Origin: an uncultured Acidobacteriota bacterium
GTDB lineage: Bacteria > Acidobacteriota > Terriglobia > Terriglobales > Acidobacteriaceae
DNA: 64,000 nucleotides
Direction of reading: 5' to 3'
Assembly: GCA_963696635.1 (NCBI GenBank)
Contig: CAVOKX010000014.1
Location: 256,234 to 320,233 of the forward strand
Shown: one piece after another, positions 38,701-43,355 of the stretch
Layout of the letters: each line of letters opens with the position of its first letter
Numbering within the stretch: position 1 is the first letter of the stretch
Notes under the pieces: generated by a model
What the model was told of the DNA's origin: nothing
The model's database searches: none
The model's input: the letters and a program-made list of their open reading frames with translations, nothing else
Made by a program: the position numbers and the translations under genes

Positions 38701-39244
38701 TAGGATTCACCGGTGTTGGCAGGGCAGGCGCCACCGTAAATTGCTTGGCGCCAACGATCGTCTCGTCCCCGCTTAGGTGCACCACCGCAGCATCGTTCGC
38801 CTTACCCGCCAGCGCCGTATTCACGTACTGCTGCGTCGCCATCTGCGAAGCCGAGCTGCTCGCCCCCAATGTCGTCCGCACCGCTGATATAGTCGTCGGA
38901 GAACTCGTCGGAACCACCCAATACTCGGTTTTGACGGTGTCATCGTCCAGTTGGTAGACGACCGTATAAACCGTATTCGCGGGCGTTGCGTTTGCGTTTG
39001 AAACCAAGCCGACAGACAACGCACCCCCCGCCCCGAGCGTGACGCTCGTATTCCCTGCCGCCACCGCCCCCAACGCCGCGGTAGTAAACTCCGGCCATGA
39101 AATCAGCAGCGTCCCTCCGGCTGGCGTCCCATCGGCGCGATACACGGTATCCACGATCATCGTGGTGGGAAGCGTTTGCGCTGAAACCATCAACGCCACC
39201 AGCAAAAGAAAAAGCCACCCAACTGGGCGGCGCGCGTCGAACAT
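32759..39244 (-). CDS. Giant (about 2161 aa) tail-fibre-like beta-helix protein with N-terminal signal/anchor
   Basis: ATG at 39244 preceded by GGAGGA. N-terminus 'MFDARRPVGWLFLLLVALMVSAQT'. Tail-fibre repeat signatures 'AANKEYVDNS...GGTMTGPLTLSGDP', 'PLASPSFTGTVTSP' and 'PLASPTFTGTPTVP'. The long Gly/Thr/Ser/Asn-rich beta-rich sequence is one uninterrupted 6.5-kb ORF. Confidence 0.6.
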   Translation of the reverse strand: MFDARRPVGWLFLLLVALMVSAQTLPTTMIVDTVYRADGTPAGGTLLISWPEFTTAALGAVAAGNTSVTLGAGGALSVGLVSNANATPANTVYTVVYQLDDDTVKTEYWVVPTSSPTTISAVRTTLGASSSASQMATQQYVNTALAGKANDAAVVHLSGDETIVGAKQFTVAPALPTPVNPSDAANKEYVDNSTQNVGNGSYVSTAGGTMTGPLTLSGDPVAPGQAATKRYADLGVASKADLVAGLVPGGELGTGTANNTLCLHGDSTWGGCGSSSNAVSIQNVPVATTTPTDNQVMTYVASLGEYEPKAGGGVTTGMQAVKYATDFNWTQSPATDLSIAGAKTVNLASCAAGVTGTEPWYYIYISGTGTAEAALVTGGTCAGSGQAGTLQFTTLNAHAAGYTITSASGGLQEALIAARFNATNPSGPSQSGKVIVPPGELQAYARISVRASNVTVDFSGSIVDCYMQDTCIFAGDPSNSNAFLDITLMNPRGRPMVVSGQSPFIEVNAQKTRLLNVTTRIPPTGGTFNSYVQVDNDQAFLLDGLDTSLATGSSDYGVLCNASVCNPVIYAPGPFSSNAAVGWLKNLNISMQCTGNGIDWQSGNTVKISDSVIQGFAQYGVRAGVKRGGYNGFELDNVYEEVGSCTNPAGAIGEAGVIAQGATVKVEGAMLPAGSVPQFANTGSTDYRYYIVAHSATFGASNPLYAGRALTNGSGNIIVTTPDVAGASTFDLLRVSYLDLNNPREQAPYGIGDYAVATSVSRASACANGVCSFTDTQAALQSYTVATPAYFPLLDYWPGNLVLAANQDSGSVLDGAKAWVQSAPSDIVAVQGTGAPAVISTECQSVDGWTPLWLSCYTSMAPGTFYDQGAFLLAVKPNQDSGLFTNLKGRLNFPTLGSGPGHIITLSDSNFQKTIATANNRPSNDANDAFIGYDQGDGNPAHVGISLGAPVSLSSYIGNVGDGTNWLERLTTGLKEVKTSVQLDNTLTVAGTAQASCVADDRSGVVGSARQLWESESGAGRKIGDWVRCGRDSFRFHRMAAQWLGSPVLDSNGDVSENANTATQLALTPTQCNGSFATGVQANGNANCSVADVIQLAETGPPTGIPNYGIFWFDSTCHCPKVISNNGQAVQLGLLNVFNLDANTLEEYDGANPQTLNIYGTRTDASDYERLRLAYDTTDNYFVLASDALGTLMPQQGLGFWLQGSLRWVIDTSFNLKPWSDNLKDIGSTTLRVHNLFLGTGLVFGSGTLTGAHGSTGVAAEAGTLSTTVGAGLCNDGQGNVTDQGCTSGSVGSVFGRAGVIVAQAGDYSVSQVTGAAPLASPSFTGTVTSPQYCLGINCITTWPSGGGLPSGTQGNPAVNTTGAATYATSPVWVDASQFSGGDMCAKIATARASSSCSSAAQGCFITAPFSGLQVCNSSPFSGWTGGGELDLGGSKFLDIRTSVSWKIPLSVRVRGMGTASAGSGLSAAANTIIRAGNAAFMNPASNFAVPSEAIPNASPSISVSGTTATVNVSNTMCVGSAPNSGQDVFIYGGPGIFAAYHGFATGITGCSGGTASSFTITVPSGTSNCTSSCGTVYEGTPLINFGVNSSGAAQYRTQLEGVSVDCAWVLGCINLLNDGAEENSWFRNVNFFNYGGEAVRLSEFTTAGVGGGGSTGGGASQSGPYTDFSINFLPETCEKVAGCGAVAHNANVYETSGAGTNAQSQNPLGCFTSAIVVDGPRSSGGTTTVNHIDKISSFTISASDPDPGNTNNPNTPVAMNDATCGTPYTSHTTPIGIETWGVMADIENFHIEDYPAEIQIGGNSALNAAYPGTTVGQASQSPVTTNGVRISNGATSSGSSNAWQVDISANAGDISVGSMTRFGGSHLLKDNVTGNTCTDLTLAAYFLGNGGSPSVMTTCNGINSTVSAGWGSITGTLSAQTDLQTALNLRAPLASPTFTGTPTVPGYAKTGTLISGDYTSATGAGAVGDSTVVAGPYGIGWMTELTGGNSGYLPSSSANKAMMWGVTLTYPLSTSQVTYDIGSNADNTATNNYDLGLFNSSGTLVLNLNSGTLHGSSFAPATGAVTLSWAQGTKTLQPGDYYLMYYTSNITSTPPTLISPSATAFTFYKGEAGGSGTCGTTQGSGGFGITTLSGGALPTSITPPANSYSWSACLPAIWIH

Positions 39245-39405
39245 AACTCCTCCGTTGCTTGCTACTGTTTCAAGATTCCGCGACAACTCACACCTCAGCA
39301 TCCGCCTGGCGTACCGCAAGGCCAAATACTCTGAGTTGTCAATGGACTAAAGCGCGATAATCGAATTGCTTCTCGAACTCAGGACTCAAGCGCGAAGCCT
39401 GAAGC

Positions 39406-39996
39406 CTACTTCCCAGCCCTCACCTGCTGCTGCAAATACCCTTTCACACTATTCACATACACATCCGCGAAGTCTACCACCGGACGTCGGGCTTCTATCA
39501 AGTGCAGTGCGTCCCCCAGCTTCCAACTCAGAGAGCACAAGATCGCAAGCGTCATCATCGGTGCCCGGTGCACACCAGCGGCGCAATGAACGAAAAGTTT
39601 AGTTCCCTCCTCGTCCAGAGCCTCTAGCGCAAAATCCACTCCCCGTTGGAAAACGTCGGGCGATTTCGGTTGGAAGTCGTCATCAATCGGATTCCACAGC
39701 ACCGAAATGCCATGCGGCTCCGCCAGCGGCGTGTCGTCGAATTCAATCTGCATGTCGAGGATGTGAGTGACCCCTGCCCTCGCCACCTCTGCCATGTTGC
39801 CCCTTGTCCAAATTCCTCCACCAACCGCAATTCGACCGGTTACCCAAGTCATATCCATTATGAAAGTCCCGTGTGGCAGCCTTTTGTGCACCCCCGAGCA
39901 GGCTTGCAAATCCCCCCGGTTTCGCAGCGCCATCGACCAACGGCCAGCGGCCAACGACCAGTTCTGAGCAACTTTCGACCACTCATTAACTTTCAT
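39406..39996 (-). CDS. Dual-specificity (Cys-based) protein phosphatase
   Basis: Active-site loop 'VHCAAGVHRAP' (HCx5R). The ATG at 39996 forms an ATGA overlap with the upstream gene. A shorter form from ATG 39858 would cover only the catalytic domain. Confidence 0.7.
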   Translation of the reverse strand: MKVNEWSKVAQNWSLAAGRWSMALRNRGDLQACSGVHKRLPHGTFIMDMTWVTGRIAVGGGIWTRGNMAEVARAGVTHILDMQIEFDDTPLAEPHGISVLWNPIDDDFQPKSPDVFQRGVDFALEALDEEGTKLFVHCAAGVHRAPMMTLAILCSLSWKLGDALHLIEARRPVVDFADVYVNSVKGYLQQQVRAGK

Positions 39997-40367
39997 TCTA
40001 CGGCATCACCCTTAGGCTGCACCGCGTCCCCCGCACACTCTTTTGTAACTTCAGTACCTGGATTCGTCTCTTCAGGAAGCTTCAACCGCCGCAACAGAAT
40101 TTTCGCCAACGAATCTTCTTCAATCGGTTCTTCGGAAGCCGCCGCCGAACACAATCCCACCATCTCAAATAAGTATTTCATCGCCGGGTAGTGACCTTTT
40201 TCGGCATCGGCAATCGCGCTCTCCACAATTTCCACCGCGCGACTCCCCACCAGCTTTGCGATCTGCTCGCGCACCACGTTGAGATCAACCTGTTTCAGCT
40301 CTTTTTCATGCGCTGACCCAACTTTCTTCGACTCTTTGCCGGCCTCGCGTGTCAGAACTCTCTTCAT
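39993..40367 (-). CDS. Hypothetical protein, first gene after the second terminator
   Basis: 124 aa, helical and charged; no family recognised. A small terminase role can be neither supported nor excluded. Confidence 0.35.
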   Translation of the reverse strand: MKRVLTREAGKESKKVGSAHEKELKQVDLNVVREQIAKLVGSRAVEIVESAIADAEKGHYPAMKYLFEMVGLCSAAASEEPIEEDSLAKILLRRLKLPEETNPGTEVTKECAGDAVQPKGDAVE

Positions 40368-40400
40368 TGATCCCCTAAGCCGCCCTCAACCCATCCCCCA

Positions 40401-40434
40401 AAAAATCAGGGCGCACGGTTATCCGCGCGCCCTT
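40401..40434 (-). terminator. Strong intrinsic terminator between the regulator pair and the late genes
   Basis: Minus strand reads AGGGCGCGCGG-ATAA-CCGTGCGCCCT (11-bp stem with one G-U pair), followed by GA and TTTTTT. Confidence 0.65.
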
Positions 40435-40500
40435 GGCAAATCTTTATGATCTAAATCCAGACTACCAGATTCAACCGGGTAAACCCGCCAAATTTCCGAA

Positions 40501-40506
40501 ATTATA
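40501..40506 (-). promoter_or_regulatory. Consensus -10 hexamer (TATAAT) without a recognisable -35, about 70 nt upstream of the terminator
   Basis: Plus-strand ATTATA at 40501-40506 reads TATAAT on the minus strand. No TTGACA-like element lies 16-18 nt upstream. Confidence 0.3.
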
Positions 40507-40518
40507 TTTGGATTGTAT

Positions 40519-41211
40519 TCAATCCCTTGCGAGAAATGGCCCGCTTTTACCCCCTTGACAACTTTTCCGCACCTCCTGTTTTGTTTTGAGCAGACCGGTC
40601 AATATCTCCCTTCTGAGCAGAATCTCGCTGATTCGATCCAGCGCTTCCGGAAAAAGACGCTCCACCGTGCGGTAGCCGCATCCCAGGAGTCGTCCTGCCT
40701 CCTCCTTCGAATATTGCTGCAGCACAATCTTTGCAATCATTTTCTTCTCGAATTCATTCAGTTCTTCCAGGCTACGTTCCACGTCGTGTACAAAAATCAC
40801 CGAATCCTCGAACGTCGAAGCCCCGTACGATGTAACCCGGCTCCGAAAAAACTCCCGCCCCAGTAGCGACGGCAATCGGCCCACCTCAATCGAAAGCCGC
40901 ATATACCGGCGCAGGAGGGCAACCGTACGATCCCGGTACAGCCACAGATCAGGATTGCTTCCGGCGTCGGTGCTGTCCGCCGAAATCGCCGTCTGGTCCG
41001 CGGCTCGCTTTGAAACTTCTGCCGCCTTCCCCCCAGAAGCCTCGGCCAGATCGGTCTTTCGGGCTTCAGCCTCCGATGAATTGGTTGGCCTGAAATTACC
41101 TTCTACACGCCTGCTGCCTTCCCCTTTCAATGCTTTCTCGAAACCAACGCACGGTGGCATACCCGGCGTCTCCGCGGATGCATTAAGCAGGCCGATCATC
41201 CCGCCGCTCAT
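40519..41211 (-). CDS. Sigma-70 region-4-like HTH regulator (candidate late-gene activator/antiterminator)
   Basis: 230 aa from the ATG at 41211. The C-terminus 'LNEFEKKMIAKIVLQQYSKEEAGRLLGCGYRTVERLFPEALDRISEIL' fits the sigma70_r4/ECF region-4 pattern. No region 2 was recognised. ATGA overlap with the zinc-ribbon gene. Confidence 0.5.
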   Translation of the reverse strand: MSGGMIGLLNASAETPGMPPCVGFEKALKGEGSRRVEGNFRPTNSSEAEARKTDLAEASGGKAAEVSKRAADQTAISADSTDAGSNPDLWLYRDRTVALLRRYMRLSIEVGRLPSLLGREFFRSRVTSYGASTFEDSVIFVHDVERSLEELNEFEKKMIAKIVLQQYSKEEAGRLLGCGYRTVERLFPEALDRISEILLRREILTGLLKTKQEVRKSCQGGKSGPFLARD

Positions 41212-41450
41212 GCGTTCCCCCCCTCGCCGCAAAACCCTGACAACTCTTCGCATTGGCTCTTGATCTCCACTCGATCGTTTACCAGTAAATTCGGCTTTCT
41301 CCTTCGGCGGACCGCAGGAAGATCCGACATTTGCACCGCACACGCAGGGCAATACACTTCTTCCGCTCCCCACGTGCGCATCCACAACCCACCGCATCTT
41401 TCGCAATACTTCAATTCCAACCGCACAATTTCCAGACCCTCTATTTCCAC
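41208..41450 (-). CDS. Zinc-ribbon protein
   Basis: 80 aa. GTG start preceded by GGAGG (5-nt spacer). 'CERCGG...(15)...CPAC' is a four-Cys ribbon, followed by the basic stretch 'RRRRKP'. Confidence 0.5.
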   Translation of the reverse strand: MEIEGLEIVRLELKYCERCGGLWMRTWGAEEVYCPACAVQMSDLPAVRRRRKPNLLVNDRVEIKSQCEELSGFCGEGGNA

Positions 41451-41520
41451 AATTGCCTCCAGATGATGAATTCGTTATTAGCTTCACGCTCGGACCGAAC
41501 CCTGATTGCCTGACGCCCAA

Positions 41521-41559
41521 AATGAAAAAAGCCCTGCGCCGATTGCTCGGTCACAGGGC
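41521..41559 (-). terminator. Intrinsic terminator after the first small gene of the early transcript
   Basis: Minus strand reads GCCCTG-TGA-CCGA-GCAA-TCGG-CG-CAGGGC followed by TTTTTT. Confidence 0.55.
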
Positions 41560-41644
41560 CCGTTTCTCTTACGGAGAACCTGTTAAATTTATTTAGCTAT
41601 GAGTATAGCGATACAACTAGTTATTCACCCCGCCAGCGCGACCA

Positions 41645-41854
41645 TCAGGGCAGCCGGGGCTTGCGAAAATAACCCTCCTCGTATCCAGATTTCAACACCC
41701 GGCCATTCTGCACCACCACACTGACCTTACCCGTAAACTCCAGCATACGCAGCAGTTGTTCCATCGCAGCAGAAAGTACTTCGGCGGAGCGCACCTTGCG
41801 GCGGAACTCCACGAAGCCTCCTGCCTCATTTTCAGATTGTTGATTGCAATTCAT
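41645..41854 (-). CDS. Small protein in the cro position (YezD/DUF2292-like pattern, not an HTH)
   Basis: 69 aa. 'GKVSVVVQNGRVLKSGYEEGY' resembles the 'G.v.i.vqdGrvv' motif of YezD-type proteins, recalled from memory. It is the first gene of the leftward transcript. Confidence 0.3.
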   Translation of the reverse strand: MNCNQQSENEAGGFVEFRRKVRSAEVLSAAMEQLLRMLEFTGKVSVVVQNGRVLKSGYEEGYFRKPRLP

Positions 41855-41879
41855 CGCTTTTTCCCGACTACCAGATTAG

Positions 41880-41926
41880 TTATAACAGAGTAGTTATGAT
41901 ATAACTTCCGGTACCTAATAAGTCAA
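41880..41926 (-). promoter_or_regulatory. Leftward (lytic-type) promoter with overlapping palindromic operators
   Basis: Minus strand: TTGACT (41921-41926), 17-nt spacer, TATATC (41898-41903). The palindrome GTTAT-GAT-ATAAC (41893-41905) covers the -10, and GTTATAAC (41880-41887) lies just downstream. Confidence 0.45.
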
Positions 41927-41962
41927 GAACTATTTTCTGCTAGATGTTTGTGATATGCGTCA

Positions 41963-41981
41963 CAATAGCGATCTGCTATTG
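41963..41981. promoter_or_regulatory. Operator-like palindrome CAATAGC-N5-GCTATTG
   Basis: Perfect 7-5-7 inverted repeat. A near copy, CAATAGC-GGTCT-GCTATA, lies at 42078-42095. Confidence 0.45.
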
Positions 41982-42077
41982 CCGCCCGGGGTACTTCCGG
42001 CTGTGGAAAACTCGGTCGTAAGCGATTCTGGCCCTCATCGCCCCATTGTTTCCTCTGAGATGTTGAACTAACATGAT

Positions 42078-42109
42078 CAATAGCGGTCTGCTATAAATCG
42101 TGCTATACT
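42078..42109 (+). promoter_or_regulatory. Second CAATAGC operator copy plus extended -10 (TGCTATACT) for the repressor gene; probably a leaderless mRNA
   Basis: TGnTATACT at 42101-42109 ends 7 nt before the ATG at 42117. There is no room for a Shine-Dalgarno sequence. Confidence 0.4.
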
Positions 42110-42116
42110 CTGCTTC

Positions 42117-42833
42117 ATGAAATTCAAAGTCTTGCAGGAAAACCTTCGCAAAACCTTGTGGCACCGTATCGAAGAAGAGGGGTTGACGGGTTTGCGCTTG
42201 GCGCAACAGACCGGCTTCAAACAAGCCCATATCTCCAACTTCCTCAATCGCAAGCGGGGCTTGAGTTTGGAGGGCATGGACAAAGTCTTGCGCGTGCAAC
42301 ACCTCTCTGTGCTCGATCTTCTCGATCCGGACGAAGTCAACAAACGTGCCAGCATCCTGCCGCCGAGCGAGGACGAGTTCCAGAATGTCTTGCTCGTCGA
42401 CGGCGCCGTCGCCGCCACCGAACCTCTCGTCATGAGCATGAATGTCAAGGAAATTCTCAAGTTCAAAAAGAGTTTCCTGCAGGGCCTGCGGGCCGAGACC
42501 GAGGGTCGCCGCGACGACTGGGAGCGCTTCGTTGTAATTCAAGTCGATGCTCGCGATGGCATGAGCATGTATCCCCGCCTTTTGCCCGGAGCCACCGTCC
42601 TCATCGACCGCCACTACAACTCGCTCAAGCCCTATCGCAAGGGTGAGACCAACATGTACGCAGTGAACAAAGACGGCACATGCACCATCAAGTACGTGGA
42701 ACTGGCCGGGAACAACCTGGTCTTGCGTCCACACAACCAGGCCTACCCGGTAGAGGTAATGCCTTTGGAAGCCGACAAGAACGCCAGCAGTTACTTGATC
42801 GGCCGAGTCTGCTACGTGGGAATTGAAACCTAA
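42117..42833 (+). CDS. CI/LexA-like repressor (XRE HTH plus S24 self-cleaving peptidase domain)
   Basis: 238 aa. HTH 'LRLAQQTGFKQAHISNFLNRKRG'; S24 Ser region 'DGMSMYPRLLPGATVLID'; Lys region 'GTCTIKYVE'. Confidence 0.8.
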   Translation: MKFKVLQENLRKTLWHRIEEEGLTGLRLAQQTGFKQAHISNFLNRKRGLSLEGMDKVLRVQHLSVLDLLDPDEVNKRASILPPSEDEFQNVLLVDGAVAATEPLVMSMNVKEILKFKKSFLQGLRAETEGRRDDWERFVVIQVDARDGMSMYPRLLPGATVLIDRHYNSLKPYRKGETNMYAVNKDGTCTIKYVELAGNNLVLRPHNQAYPVEVMPLEADKNASSYLIGRVCYVGIET

Positions 42834-43034
42834 GAGAATCGCTGTCTGTTGATTTTTCACTTGCACCACAAAGGACGCCAGGTCTCGTCGAAATCTGTTG
42901 ATACAAGATCCTTCGTCATACTTCGCATCCTTTGTGGTTCATTGATCCGTACTCGCTCAGTCCTGAAACTGATCCTACCCGTCGGATTCCCCACTTCTGC
43001 TATCATTTTTTCTGCCGCATTTATTTCGTGAAGT

Positions 43035-43298
43035 ATGGACGACGAGATCCCCAGCATTCGCGTTTCCTCGGAGGAATTCATGGACGAAGCACCCGCCATT
43101 TCAACCGTATCCCGCCGTGATGAAGACATCGCCCTCGACTTGATGAAATTTGTTGCCATGACTACCGGCTACGGCCGCACCAGTTCCTCGGGCGTCGGCT
43201 TTCAGGGCTCAGGCGCCGCCTCTAAGCCCGAAGACTATGCCAATCATCTGCTCGAGCTTTACGGCCGCTGTTTGGAGGCAGTGCAGAAGAAAAAGTAA
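43035..43298 (+). CDS. Hypothetical small acidic protein
   Basis: 87-aa ORF; no motif recognised. Coding status is uncertain. Confidence 0.25.
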   Translation: MDDEIPSIRVSSEEFMDEAPAISTVSRRDEDIALDLMKFVAMTTGYGRTSSSGVGFQGSGAASKPEDYANHLLELYGRCLEAVQKKK

Positions 43299-43355
43299 TG
43301 ACCACATAAGGCTGCCGCGCCACGCGCGGGCTATCCACTATGCTTGCGAACGGCT

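Larger units (their letters stand above)
18822..42833. mobile_element. Phage-like element (defective prophage or domesticated particle-encoding locus) without recognisable integrase
   Basis: A contiguous minus-strand block runs from regulators through fibre-like genes, TerL, portal, protease, scaffold, capsid, connectors and tail hub to a holin-like gene. A divergent S24 repressor sits at the right end. The boundaries are approximate and no att repeats were found by eye. Confidence 0.65.

Noticed and set aside
41212-41520. N-terminal 103 codons of the 333-aa ORF 40519-41520
   Set aside because: This part starts inside a terminator T-tract and overlaps the zinc-ribbon gene out of frame with a Gly/Ser/Cys-rich junk-like translation. 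The internal ATG at 41211, with its ATGA coupling, gives a sensible protein.
41976-42869. 297-aa minus-strand ORF
   Set aside because: It is antisense to the repressor gene, which has clear HTH and S24 motifs. The ORF would also run through the operator region.
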